Assembly (NCBI GenBank): GCA_010405405.1
Contig: MU004244.1
Location: forward strand, 871,895 to 935,894
From: Microthyrium microscopicum
Taxonomy: Eukaryota
DNA: 64,000 nt
Reading direction: 5' to 3'
The notes beneath the pieces are model-generated. The model was given only the letters and a program-made list of their open reading frames with translations, had not been told where the DNA came from and ran no database searches. Within the stretch, counting starts at the first letter, position 1. The number at the start of each line of letters is the position of its first letter. The translations under genes and the position numbers were made by a program. Positions 11,849 through 24,093 of the stretch are shown piece after piece.

Positions 11849-13745
11849 ATGAGGAAACTGATATGAAGATTTCAATGCATAAGCGGGTTGGTGAATACAG
11901 GTCCCGATTTTTATATCTTTGAGACATTGCCGATAGCAAACGTGAATTCTACAGGTCTTCTATGGCATGGTCATATGCATGGAAACGGATATTGAAACGC
12001 AAAAAGGTACCAAAATAATATGGCAGATCCGAGAAGCGTTTCTGATTGCCTGTCTGCTGGTCAAGATAAGCGGCGTGAACAGCACGTAACGCTGGGAGCT
12101 GAGTGAAATAGGATCAATATCAAGTTAGGAACGCAGACCTACGTGTCGAGCCTCGATTGAATGAACAGCCTTTTCTGGCGCAGCGATGCCGGACAACGAA
12201 GCCCCATAACAAGGCCGTGATAAGTGCATTGCGCTACGCCGAGGCCGGGGAGAGGAAGTGGAGGAGTAGTTGAGCTGCGCCAGGGATTGTCGGGAGTGCT
12301 GCTACGATTGGCAAGCATATTCCTCGAAACTTGGAGGTTTCTGTGTTGTTTTCTGGTAAATGGGCTGGAAGCTAGAAGATATGACGATGAGGATATGATG
12401 TCTGTTGTGATATCAGATGCGATATTAGCCTGCATTATTGGCAACGCAACAAGGCTCGCTAAGTTAAAAGATGATAGGACAATGTTTCGCCCGGAAGTGA
12501 GATATGATGCTGATTCGAAGTTCGTGAAGGGCTGCATACTGAACCGCTGCGGCAATGCACTTGGAATTCTTCAACGCTTCTCTGAGGTGGCAGGACTCGA
12601 CGAACTGGTTGAGCAGGGGGCTGGCTGGCTCGCTGAAACTCGTCTATCTTGGGCAATTGCGACAGGCAGTATCGATTTGGTGTGGATGCAGGCTTGTCGA
12701 TTATGGCACTGTGAATGGCTCTCGTAGGTATGTCTGATGTTAGTGCAGAGGGCTGGTGGGTGAAGATGAGTTGGCAAGATCCGCTCTGGCCAACCACCGG
12801 TCGGATGTCAGACCAAAAAGCACATTGACAGCCTTTTCATGTAGGTATGAGGCCAGTGTCAGTCTTATTTCGCCGGCATGTTGCGGGCGCACCGCGCTTG
12901 AAGACTGAAGATGGCCAAGTTGAGGAGTTGCGGCACGACAACGGATGCATGATGGAGCATATTTTCTCGTAGTAGTCCGTGTAGCTGGGCGACGAGCTAG
13001 AGTAGATGTTATTTAGTCTGCTCAATTCCCCGATAACCCACTGCATACCTGCTCTACTTAACTTTTCTTGCTGCTTTTATCACGACTCGCCACAAGCTTC
13101 TCCCAGTCTTGCCAACAATCCTGAAAGCGGTGTCCCAAAGGTTGGATCTTGGGCATCAGAGGCTCTGCACCCTCCTCAGTCCTGACCGTTACCAGCCCAC
13201 ACCGCTCTGACCGCTTTTCCAATCATTGGCTTGGATTTATTGGAAAAGAAAAAAAGCGGCAATTTCATGCAATCAAAACTCGCTTTCAATCATTTGTGCC
13301 CAGTAGCGTGAAAGCCTTTCACGAGATCTTGTTGCCTACTGCTGCGTACTGCAGTCTGCAGAGTGACAAGTCCTTAGTTCTGTTTTCTGTACACCACGCT
13401 TCGCGTTTGTTGTTGATTTCATACATGACCTCCTTTTCTCTTCTGCACTCTGACCCGCATACTCTCCCAAATTCCCCAATTATTTACCAGTCCATTTCTC
13501 GCTACAAGCACTTCTGCAAGGCACGTTACAGCCAGATTATCCATTCGTGGGCATCCTGTCAGGCCATACTTGAGTAATCCCGGGCCAGTCCATGTCAATG
13601 CCGTAGTGTGGGTGATGGACTATCCCTGCTTCTGTGTTGTACAACCACAGCATATCAAAGACTTCTAACCGCGACCAACACTTTCGTTCCTCCTATATGC
13701 TCTGACACCTACCACCCGTCGTCGTCTGTAGTCTCAGACGAGGCA

Positions 13746-16559
13746 ATGCCACATGAAGAAGAGAACCACCAATATGCCACCTCCCTCCCTCATCTCGACG
13801 ACCCCGACTCCGCTTTGCATTCGCCGGCAATGATAAATATTTGGAGCAAGGCTAGGACCAAAGTACAGAGTTGGTTGAAGGGAGACGGTGAAGAGGAAGC
13901 TCCGAGGGAATCGAGGCGGACGAGTCAAGGCTATTTGGAGAAGGAGCCGGCAATGTGCGACGAGAAGGAGCAGGATGTCTTGCGGAAGAACCCTTCTCGA
14001 AAAGTCTTACCTGGCTTGTCTCGGCCACTGACATTTACTCGCCAAAACTCTGAAAGACGCGACCGCCTCTTCCCTTACCAACCCGATGCCGATGAACGAA
14101 GAGCTTTGTCTGTGGATCGTAGGATTCCAAACATCAATACTCGAGCGCATTCCCCTCCTCCTCAGCCTACATTGCCTTCTCGGTCTGCTCCGGATATATC
14201 TAGCGTTTTCGAAGATGTTCACGATGAACCAATTGCACATGATACAGAGCTTGAGAGGCAAGCAGACCGGGCAATACAACAAGTCATCTCACCGCTGGAG
14301 TTGAGTACTGTCGAACTACGAGAACCACAAACCCCTCAACTAGCACAACATCCTTCAACATCCCTTGCATCAATAGACCAGGTCAATGACGATCACGAAA
14401 GATTGTTGATACAAGCAGAACTGGAAGCAAAATGGATCCTCAATCTCAGCATGCATTTCAAAGACCGATCTGATCGCGAAAAGTTCTTTGTGACATATGC
14501 CCAAGAACCAAACAAATGGCGACGACTGACAGTCTCATGCGACTATCGAAATCCCAGTCCGGATTCACTGGAGGAAGATTTAAAGAGTTTGAAATACCAA
14601 CAAGACAAAAGCGCACGGATATATGAATCCATCAGAGACTCACTACTGGATATTCAATTCTATTCTACTGTCACGAACTTGAAGCTCAAGACCATGGATG
14701 GGCGACTCCATGTTCACTGCTCGGAAGACTTGAACGAAGTCATCTCATACCCGAGAACATCGATGCTCAATTACCTGGCATGTCCTCTTTATCGAGAATC
14801 AGAGGTACTTTTTGAATCCCACATGTCAGGATTTGTTTACAAGGTCAACGTCGATGGTCGCATTTTGGTCAAAAAAGAAATCCCTGGACCCGAAGCGGTT
14901 GACGAATTTCTCTACGAAATTGCAGCACTCTCAGCTCTCAAGGATGCAAAGAATGTCATCAGCTTTGAAGGACTGGTGGTTGACGAAGACGAAACTGTTG
15001 TCAAAGGTCTACTTATCAGTCTTGCTACCCAAGGTGCGCTCGTGGACATTATTTATGATATGCGCTATTCGAATACTATATCCTGGAATCGTCGAGAACG
15101 ATGGGCACGTCAAATCGTTCAGGGTCTATCTGACGTTCACGAAGCTGGCTTTGTTCAAGGAGATTTCACATTGTCTAACATTGTCGCTGATAGTGATGAT
15201 AATGTTTATCTCATTGATGTCAACCGGCGCGGCTGTCCAGTGGGCTGGGAACCTCCGGAACTTGAAGAGATGATTCGGGCTGGACAACGCATCTCAATGT
15301 TCATCGGCGTCAAGACCGATTTATTCCAGCTTGGAATGGTTCTTTGGGCTCTGGCTATGTGCATCGACGAACCTGAACTGGAACCACGACCGCTGCGACC
15401 GGTAACGAATTCTGATATTCCTGATTACTTTCGTCAAATGGTCGAGATCTGCTTGGACCCCAATCCCCAGCATCGCGTTGCAGCCAAAGACCTTTTGAAG
15501 ATGTTCCCTTTGCCTGAAGAGATAGACAGCTACAAACGAGTGGATGACCTACCCCAAGTTCGAATTGCCGAGCCTACTGAAGACCACTCGGATATGGTAC
15601 AATACATTGACCCGGAAGAGTTTATTGAAGATGATTTACGACGATCTTCTCGTAGCCTTGAACTGAAAGCTCCTGGCCATACTTCCGAAGTTTCAAGCAT
15701 TCGAACAATTCCTGACGCTACCGCGGCTTCGAGCGAATATCTCTTTGATGACCGAGATTTGCCACTTGATAGAAGGCTGCCACGAGATGCTTCTCCGTTC
15801 ACTCAATCAGAGAGTGAGCGACCTAGAACCAGAGGAGAATCAGACTTTGGTTCGACGACCGGCGCATCTCTGCGTGACACCCCTGCAGTAAATCTCGCAA
15901 GTTCTACGATCGATGAAGAGAGATCTTTTTCTTCAGGTGGTTCAAATGAGGTTCTCTCAAAGCATAGCACCATCACCACTGCACCAGAGGAGATCCACGC
16001 CTCCGTATCGACATTAGCACCACAATGCGAGTCTATCAAGCATAAAGAACAGGCCGAGTCACAGTCTTTCGAGCACTCCCCAGTTGTTATGACAACCAGT
16101 ACAACCAATCTCAAACACTCAGCACCAATGGAAGAGTTGCCGAATGTCGAAGAGGAGAATCCAGAAGTCGCGACATTTCCTACATTTCCCATTCGAGAAG
16201 AGACACCTTTTGCACCAGGCCTGGAAGAAGAGACAAAACCAACGAACACGTATTTCGAGCCTCTCGACTCTACTAGTGAATCTACCAGCATCAGCACCAT
16301 GTCCTCTACTCTTTCGACCCCCAAAGCACGCACACCAGCAGTCCGCATTGACGGCCCTTCCAAAGCTTTGCCACCAGATCCAGAGAGCAATACTTCGACT
16401 TCTCAACACCTATCCATCATAACCAAATCACAAAACCCAAACAAGAACAAAGAATCGTTACACACGAGCGGAGAGGCCAGCGACATTCCCGGCGCGGAAC
16501 AGGCACAGCATGGCGGCGCCAGTCATAATTTAACCCAGCAGCACAGTATTTTGTCATAG
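13746..16559 (+). CDS. Fungal protein kinase-like protein with atypical catalytic motifs and long disordered tails
   Basis: Uninterrupted ~937-aa ORF from the first ATG. Motifs SGFVYKV, LVKKEI, FVQGDFTLSNIV (catalytic loop), LIDVN, WEPPE and KTDLFQLGMVLW. Confidence 0.88.
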   Translation: MPHEEENHQYATSLPHLDDPDSALHSPAMINIWSKARTKVQSWLKGDGEEEAPRESRRTSQGYLEKEPAMCDEKEQDVLRKNPSRKVLPGLSRPLTFTRQNSERRDRLFPYQPDADERRALSVDRRIPNINTRAHSPPPQPTLPSRSAPDISSVFEDVHDEPIAHDTELERQADRAIQQVISPLELSTVELREPQTPQLAQHPSTSLASIDQVNDDHERLLIQAELEAKWILNLSMHFKDRSDREKFFVTYAQEPNKWRRLTVSCDYRNPSPDSLEEDLKSLKYQQDKSARIYESIRDSLLDIQFYSTVTNLKLKTMDGRLHVHCSEDLNEVISYPRTSMLNYLACPLYRESEVLFESHMSGFVYKVNVDGRILVKKEIPGPEAVDEFLYEIAALSALKDAKNVISFEGLVVDEDETVVKGLLISLATQGALVDIIYDMRYSNTISWNRRERWARQIVQGLSDVHEAGFVQGDFTLSNIVADSDDNVYLIDVNRRGCPVGWEPPELEEMIRAGQRISMFIGVKTDLFQLGMVLWALAMCIDEPELEPRPLRPVTNSDIPDYFRQMVEICLDPNPQHRVAAKDLLKMFPLPEEIDSYKRVDDLPQVRIAEPTEDHSDMVQYIDPEEFIEDDLRRSSRSLELKAPGHTSEVSSIRTIPDATAASSEYLFDDRDLPLDRRLPRDASPFTQSESERPRTRGESDFGSTTGASLRDTPAVNLASSTIDEERSFSSGGSNEVLSKHSTITTAPEEIHASVSTLAPQCESIKHKEQAESQSFEHSPVVMTTSTTNLKHSAPMEELPNVEEENPEVATFPTFPIREETPFAPGLEEETKPTNTYFEPLDSTSESTSISTMSSTLSTPKARTPAVRIDGPSKALPPDPESNTSTSQHLSIITKSQNPNKNKESLHTSGEASDIPGAEQAQHGGASHNLTQQHSILS

Positions 16560-16833
16560 CATTGCGAGATACCATTTGTACAAAACCAGAATTGCATAGA
16601 TCGAATAGCATCGATTTGGTAGGCGTTTGATTATTATTTTTAGTTAGCCTTGATATCCTTTATGACTTATGATGGCTCAATATAAATGTAATTTGAACAA
16701 TCATTATGCCTTGAATTTTCGGATGATGTACCTAGTATGACAGTAATAATAGCAAATGCAAATGGGTATCATTTAACGAAGCACTCAACATATGCCAACG
16801 CAGCTGCTTCCGTCTCTTTCCTCCGCCGGAAGC

Positions 16834-17939
16834 TCAGAAGATCAGATCCCATACAACCAAAAATGTACAAAAACCACATGTTGACCAGAAGACCATTCGT
16901 GCTGTACTGGCTCTTTCACTGGCCTTCTTGAGCTCCTTGTTTCCTTGCCCAACATTCTCTGTCGTCAGGACCGAGTCCGAGACTAGCTGTGTGATATTCT
17001 CGGATTGCATCTCCAGATTCATAGCCAGCTCTGTTTGTAACGACGATATCTCCACCAACGAGTTCTCCACGGCCCTGGCGGTACTATTAGCACGTATTTC
17101 TTAATTTGATCGTGAATGACATACCGTATCTTCTGCAGCTCACTATTATAATACCGCACCATATCCTCCTGCTCCGCCTCAAACATCTGCACCTGCTCCG
17201 GACTCAACACCTCACTCAAACTCGCCCCCGACTTCTCCTGCCGCTCAATCTCCACCGCCCGCGCCGCCATCCCTCCGCCATTCGTCATCGCGCTTCCATT
17301 ACCCATCGTACCGTTCCCAACAATACCATCCCCCATCCCCTTATACAACACACTCTTATTCCTCTCCACAGCCCGCTGCAGCCTCACAGCAACCATCCCC
17401 CACTGCACCTCACTAACCGCCTCCAACCTCTTCTGCAAAAACCACACCACGCCCTCCCGATGTCTCCTTACCGTCTCCTCCCTCTCCTCCCTCTCCCTCT
17501 CCTCCAAACTCCTAACCACCGCCCCTCCACCCGCCGCCCATCGCCCCAACGCTCCTAGGCCCTTATTCCTACTTTTCTGCGCTATAGCCGCGCGCGCTTC
17601 AGCATCTGCTGTCGCTGCCGCACTCAAGCTGGCGATTGCGGAGGAGAGATTTGTGAGGAGGGTTTTCGTTTCGGTGTCAATGTGTTTGCGGTCTGCATCG
17701 CTCATGGACTTGCCATTGCTGTTGGTGGCGCGCGTGGAGCGTGTGTGGGTGGTGTTGGAGAGGGCGAGGTAGGGGGCGCGGATGGAGCGGAGGTAGTGCG
17801 CGAGGGAGGATATGTGGGTGTTGATGCGGTATGCTTCTTGGAGGAAGGTTGTTAGGGAGGGGAGATCGAAGGGGTGGGCTTGTAGAGGGGGGGAGGTTGT
17901 TTGGGAGAGAACTGTTGAGAAGAGAGGGGTTATGTCCAT
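16834..17939 (-). CDS. UFE1: ER t-SNARE syntaxin Ufe1/syntaxin-18
   Basis: Intron 17075-17124. Starts MDITPLF, with FLQEAYRINTHI, a SNARE motif (ENSLVEISSLQTELAMNLEMQSENITQL) and a C-terminal TM helix ending VWDLIF. Confidence 0.9.
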
Positions 17940-18174
17940 TGTGTGAAGGTTTTGGAGGTTAATTGGAAAGTTGGTGGTTGTGGTGGTTGATACGAGGAGA
18001 GGACAAGTTGGTGATGATGCTGGTGGAATGAAGCTCAACTTTTGGAAACTTGTCTATGAGCTTTGGCTGATGATCCTTGTCAATTTGCCATTGGTTGGAG
18101 TCAACGTCAGGTTTTTTGAGCTCTCAAGCGCCTTCTTTCTATTTTCTCTCAACTCTTTGATCTTCTTTTGATAA

Positions 18175-18680
18175 ATGTCCTTTCGCGCGTTTCCTTTTCC
18201 TTTTCGCCTTGGTACAGACATTTGCAGCGTGAGCCGCATCGCTGCGCTGCTGAGCAAGGGCGCAGCAAACGACATAAATCCCGCCAGATTACAGCACTTT
18301 ATGAGGCGATGCTTTACAGTGCATGAGATCAAGGAATTCAACCAGCGCAGACCGACATTTTCCGGACAATGGGACATAGCTAGACACCTCGCTGGCCGGT
18401 ATAACAAAATACCCATCATATCAAGATTCAAGCTCTAATGAACGACAGATGGGCTGCCAAGGAAGCCATCATCAAGGCATCTCCAAGAAAGATATTCATG
18501 AAAGATATCGTCATTCTTCCATCAGATAATGGACCTGTTGCATCCATTCTAGATGAACTTTGCTCTCAAATGTCTCATACCCTGCCTGTTGATGGTCTTC
18601 GAGGCCAGAATGTGCTTATCAGTATTAGCCACGAAAAAGACCATGCTGTAGCCACTGCCATCGTTCCTACACACCAATGA
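18175..18680 (+). CDS. AcpS-type 4'-phosphopantetheinyl transferase (Ppt2/PptB-like, probably mitochondrial)
   Basis: Intron 18399-18448. Motifs LGTDICSVSRI, LAGRWAAKEAIIKA and ISISHEKDHAVA. Confidence 0.9.
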
Positions 18681-18844
18681 ACGGTATGTTGGGAACAATG
18701 CGATCTTCGCAACCTTTTTAGACACACCTGTTACACCATTGAAGACATCGTCAATCTCTGGCTTACTGATTGGCCTTAACTTCCCTACTCTTATCACGGT
18801 TGGGTACAATACAAGGACGAAGAAGTGAATTCTATATACTCAGT

Positions 18845-19744
18845 CTAAGCAGCCAAGAGCTTCTTCAGAGTGGCCTTCAAGTCCTCCCTCGGCAAGCCCA
18901 ACTTGTCATTCCAAAGTCCTCCAGGAGCATTACTCAAATCCGCATCAACCTTTCCACCAAACGCATAAGCCTTAAGGATACTCATTGCACCATAGTGGTC
19001 GCCTGCAGCCATAGCCTTCTTGCCTTCCTCGATCTTTGCATCCGAGTCCACCGCGGTTGTTGGCCATTTTTCACCAGTGATCTCTTCCAAAAGAGCATGG
19101 ACCTCATTCTGGGTAGTGGTAAAGGACGAAATGGTGACATACTGGTTCTTTGTAGCCTCCACAACGCCAGCCTTGCTGAGAATGGCTGCGATTGCTTTGC
19201 CAATGGTTGACAGATTTGTTCCTGAGAACTTGTTGTTGCCGCCATCCCAGATCTCGGCAGTATGTTTCTTCAGATCAGCTCCGAGGAAGCCCATCTTCAA
19301 GCCCCAATCAAAGAATGGCCCAGTGATTATAGCCGTCCAGGTTAGACCTTGGCTTTCCTTGGACTTGGCGTACTCAACAGCATCATGCTTGGGTTGGAAG
19401 AAGGTTACTGCTTTGCGAACTTCTGGATCTCGAGTGTCGGAGCCAAACTCGCTGGTAAAGAAGCGCTTCACTCCGGCTTCGACGGCAGCATCGATCATGG
19501 TGTTTTGTTTGCTGAAGGCCGCGCCGTTGAGAAGGGCAAGGACAGCATCTTGGCCTTGGAAGATTTTGACTAGCGAGTCGAAGCTGTAGTCGGTGGTGAC
19601 AACTTTGACACCGTCGGGGAAAGTTGAGGATGAGTCTGGGCGCTTTGTTGCCGTGATGTTGATGCCAGCCGCTAGGAGTTCATTGACAATTGCTGGGCCG
19701 AGATTGCCACTACCACCGGCGACGACGACGTTCTTGAGAGACAT
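18845..19744 (-). CDS. NmrA-like/isoflavone reductase-family NAD(P)-binding oxidoreductase
   Basis: Intronless 299-aa ORF. Motifs VVAGGSGNLG, AGVKRFFTSEFGSD and WTAIITGPFFDW. Confidence 0.9.
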   Translation of the reverse strand: MSLKNVVVAGGSGNLGPAIVNELLAAGINITATKRPDSSSTFPDGVKVVTTDYSFDSLVKIFQGQDAVLALLNGAAFSKQNTMIDAAVEAGVKRFFTSEFGSDTRDPEVRKAVTFFQPKHDAVEYAKSKESQGLTWTAIITGPFFDWGLKMGFLGADLKKHTAEIWDGGNNKFSGTNLSTIGKAIAAILSKAGVVEATKNQYVTISSFTTTQNEVHALLEEITGEKWPTTAVDSDAKIEEGKKAMAAGDHYGAMSILKAYAFGGKVDADLSNAPGGLWNDKLGLPREDLKATLKKLLAA

Positions 19745-20554
19745 GGTTTGTTGTTTCAGGATGACTTGGGATGAAGAGTGTGATATGATGATTTGAGATG
19801 GAGGCTTTGAAAAGCCGATAGTTAAACAAATGTGATGCGAATTTGAAGTGAGTTGAACACGATAATCCAAGAAGGTGGTATACCTTTTATATCGACAAGG
19901 TAAGCTACGACGAGTCTTTCTTGTCTGTGAGTTCTTAGCAATCCAAGTCTGTCGCTACTATCAGCTTTGAGATATTGGTTGTAAATCACATCGCGTCAAT
20001 TCGGGGATAAGTCCATCACCAAAGACTCATTAGGTACTAGCTCCATAGCTGTGACTGATTTTAGTACTGACTTTGAAAAATGAGGCTTGGGCTCTTAGCA
20101 CTTGGTTGCTCTAAGTCGTATACATTTCTAATAGTTGCGCCGTCAAGTTCCAAAGCTTACTCACTTTCAAGTCCAGTCGGATCCGGTCGGCCGAAACACT
20201 GTTCCCGGCCGAAAGTTCCAGACTAGACGTCAAATCAAGTTGCACTCACTGTCGAGCAACAGCTTGTCCATTTGATTTTCTTGTTACAGATTTGAAAGAA
20301 GGGTTTGATAGCACCGAGTGTTCTGTATTGGAGTCTCCCAACTATCTAATCCTTCGACCTGCACTGGTCTTGCTAATAATAGACATGTCTTCATACCATT
20401 AAACATCCCTATTCATACACCATTCCAAACGCCGCTGAGACTGCTGGTCCTCAGAGTATATCCGAGCCAGCAGTCAATGAATACTCCAATCGACATGTCC
20501 AGGCAAGCCGTTTGTCCATACCATCATAATACCATCCATTCCAGCCATAGACAA

Positions 20555-23500
20555 CTACCGCCCAAAGTTCTTAACCTTCGATCCAACACCACTAAACCAG
20601 CTCCCAGCGCTACTAAACACACTCCCGGTTGACATCAAACTCTTCCCGGTACTGCTCGTCGTTTTCGCCGCACTGACCGTGCTGCCTCGTTCACTCCACT
20701 TACTACTCCACTTCATACGGCCCTCCGCGATCCAATGAATCAAGTTAATGACCGCAAATGTCGTACTTCCCAGCGCGCGGAACAACGCTACGACCGCCAC
20801 TGTCCACAGAATGAATTTGAGATATATATTGTCAGCCACATGAGTCGTGCCATACGCCTCGCTAATAGCCATGGCGAGGATGGCGTTTGCTACTAGCCAC
20901 ACGACGACCATATAGGTGCGCACTGCGCGGTAATAATCTTCTTGTTCTTGTGCTTCGGACATCGGTGTCTCGGGCACTTCGAGTCTGTCGCGGAGGTTAC
21001 GGAGGGCTCCGTCGTAGCAGGAGTCGATGTCAAGCTGTTCGGAGGGCATGTCGAGTTCTACGAGGCCGTCTTTGCCTTTGGCATTGGCGGACCCGAGATC
21101 TGTTTTTGTCACGTTGTCGCCCTTGGTACCCCAGGAGACGTCGTGGGCGTTGCAGAAGGCGTAGACTTGCAGGGTGCAGATATATGATGGTAGGAGGATG
21201 AAGTATTGTGCGGCGCTGGTGAACATGTGCCATGGGTCGAGGTAAAGGAAGGAGACCCAGAAGTAGAGTCCGATTGTGGAGGCGGTGGATACGACCATGT
21301 TGGTAAAGAGGTTGTTGCCGAGAGCGATCTTGGTGGAGGGCTCCATGAGTTGCTTGATGACGGTGTATATGGCGGCGAATGTGGTGTAGGCCATGATGAT
21401 GCCGTAGATCACCATGGATGACAGATACATTCGCTTGGCGCCTTGGGGTCGGTTGCCCATTGATAAGATGAATTGGACGCATATTACTAGAATGCAGGCG
21501 TATCGGAGAATTAGGAATACAATCTTTCCTATTCCGTGGCCGAATGGGTCTAGTTTGGGGTCGGCTAGGCCGCCTGCGACGAAGTAGAATGTGAGATAGA
21601 AATTGGCCTAATCATGTTAGCAGAGCTCAATGGTGTAATGAAGGTGCAATTTACCAGTGAGAAGAATGTGAATGCCAGGTTAATAAACTGATAAACAAAT
21701 TCAACGTGTAGAGCAATCTTTCTAGCTATTGTGTGATCTGTTGACCAGACTTGCTTGAAGTGTCGTAGAGAGTAGACAGCAACGAAGAAAGCTCCGTTCA
21801 GCCATCTACGACGCTGAGATATAAACTCGGGTACGGAATCTACAATTTCGTCAGATAGGACATTTTGTCAGAGGGAAAATAACTTACCTGGCACATCAGT
21901 CTCTCCTTTCGCCGCTTTGACAAACTTCAGCACCCATTGCTCACTACGCTTCGCTACCAATTCCCAGCAGAGAATACGATCTTCAGCAAGATACATGTTT
22001 GCAGTAAACACATCTGCATCCTGACCATGAAGCGTCTCGCCCTTGAAATATTGACTTAACGGACCATGGCCAGTGTGATCGTTTTGAAGGGCATGGTAGC
22101 GATATGCACTGAGAGCTCCAGGAAGCACAGTAATGTAACCGAAAACTGATTCCAGCGGCTTGTCCAAAAGATTGGACATCTTGTACTCAAAGTTTTGAGA
22201 CGCGACAAGAGGATTAAGAAGTCCGAGCCAGCCCTTTCCTTTGCCAGCAATGATTTCTCCTGCTGCACCGGCAACTTTGGAGTCGTTGTCGAATGCTTTC
22301 CACAAATGATACAGTGCCGTGCTACCAGGTTTTGTACCAACGTCAAGCATGATGCAAATATTGGGATTTAGTGCTTGGCCAAAAGCGTTGAAGAACCATC
22401 GATGAGAGTTCAGTTTCTTTTGATTCTTCTCTTTGAGGCAGAAAATCATTTGAACGGGCACAATGCCCTTCTCTGCGCCCTTGAATTTGAGGTCCGAATC
22501 CAGCGAGACTTGAGTGGTGTACTCGTAAATGTGTGCTGTCACTTCCTTCTGGTTGACAACGTTCTTTGCAATACCCTCTTGATAGACGCCCATCGCGGCC
22601 AAGGCATCAAGAGTTCGGGCGTGGACTTTTGACCGACCATCAGAAATGACAGCGACCACAATCTTCTGCCAACCGTCTTGACCCCATGTTCGCGACTTCG
22701 TTCGTGAGCAGAAGTGTGCAATATTGCGCATGACACCATGCATTGTTCTCGTAAAGTGAATCTCGTCTTCGTTGTACATCGTTACGCATATGAAAAGCTC
22801 TGTTTCTCGATTTAGAATGTTTTGGCGCAGTTGGAATCCTCGGGCTGTGAAGTCATCTGGATCGCATGTCGCGGCAGTGTATCGTAAATGTGTGAATTCA
22901 TCGGCATCTTTTCGTGGAAGGAAACTTTGGAGTACTGTGGGGATCTTGCATTCAAGGATAAGTTCTCCGTTTGTCAACGCGACTTCTCGTTTTGTTGTCT
23001 CGACCGCTCGCACACCACGTCTCATCTGAGCGCCATCGGGGGCTGGTCCGTAATGCTCAACTTTTTCGTCGTCGAACTCTTCGGTGAATGTTGATTGTGA
23101 GACATACGAGTCGCGAGATTGCATTTCTGGTCTAAAGTCTTCTTCTTCATCGGCCTCGTCTCCGATCGCAAAAACATCGTCACCATGCTCTGGCATGTGA
23201 ATATCCGAGGCGTCTGGTGGTTGATAGTGAGATTCGCCAGATATTGGTCGCCCGCCGGCGAAGAGTGGAGCGGGTGGAAGTGGTCGCTTGGGGCTACCAT
23301 AGCGTGATGATGGAGTACCAGGACGCGGGCTGCCATTGATATGCTCTGGCTCGTATGGTACTGATGCCGCAGCAGGCCGTGGCCAGTCTCCAGAGCCTCG
23401 TGATGGAGTCCATGGACGGGCACCACTAACTCGCCCAACACTAGGTCTAGTTGGACTGACGTATGGTGGGAATTGGCTCATGTCTGGGCCAGGAGGCGGA

Positions 23501-24093
23501 AGCTCGGGACCGTCATTCAGAATTGACGGCGGCCGTGAGTTTAGAGGTAAGGAGGAGGTGGAAGGATGGTATGATCGTTGTACTGGAGAGAGACTGCGTG
23601 GATCTGTGTGTAAGTTTTTGGGACTAGGAGTCTTACTGGAGGCTACAGGCTTTTTGGTAACAATCGGAACTTGAAAACGAATGTGTCGTTCTTTTGGCTT
23701 CTTTGCTGAAGTTGGAGGCGCTTGTTTGAGTTCCTCAACAGCTTCGTCTAGAAGATCCTCGAGAGCAACGCTAGGAGTAGTCTTCTCTTCTACAGCTACC
23801 CAATCGTCGGCTGGTATGCGGCGATAGGTAGCAGGAGTATGAGATGAGCGCTTCAACTGAGGAGCAGAAATAGCAGGAGACGCGGAAGCAGAAGCAGAAG
23901 CAGAAGCAGACGCGAAAGTAGACGGTTGGACTAACGGTCGGTGTGAGAGTTCGTCAGCTGAGGGGAGCAATAGACGAAGTGATGAAGTATTGCCTGGTGG
24001 AATGGCTGAAGTGTCGTCGTGAATGCTATCAGCATACGGAGGAGGAGCTCCAGCTCTCCCAGCATTCCTGCCAGGTGAGTGTGAGCGGTTCAT
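20555..24093 (-). CDS. Chitin synthase, division 1, class II
   Basis: Introns 21840-21887 and 21608-21654. Motifs [32 protein letters not shown] and [27 protein letters not shown] is typical of class II. Confidence 0.96.
23885..23910. repeat. Coding hexanucleotide microsatellite (GAAGCA)x4
   Basis: GAAGCA repeated 4.3 times. It encodes the ASASASAS tract in the chitin synthase N-terminus. Confidence 0.8.

Noticed and set aside
12224..12727. 167-aa plus-strand ORF
   Set aside because: Non-ATG start, no domain, and competing antisense ORFs of similar length.
17971..19870. PPTase plus reductase as a secondary metabolite cluster
   Set aside because: The PPTase is AcpS-type (primary metabolism), there is no PKS or NRPS in the window, and the neighbours are housekeeping genes.
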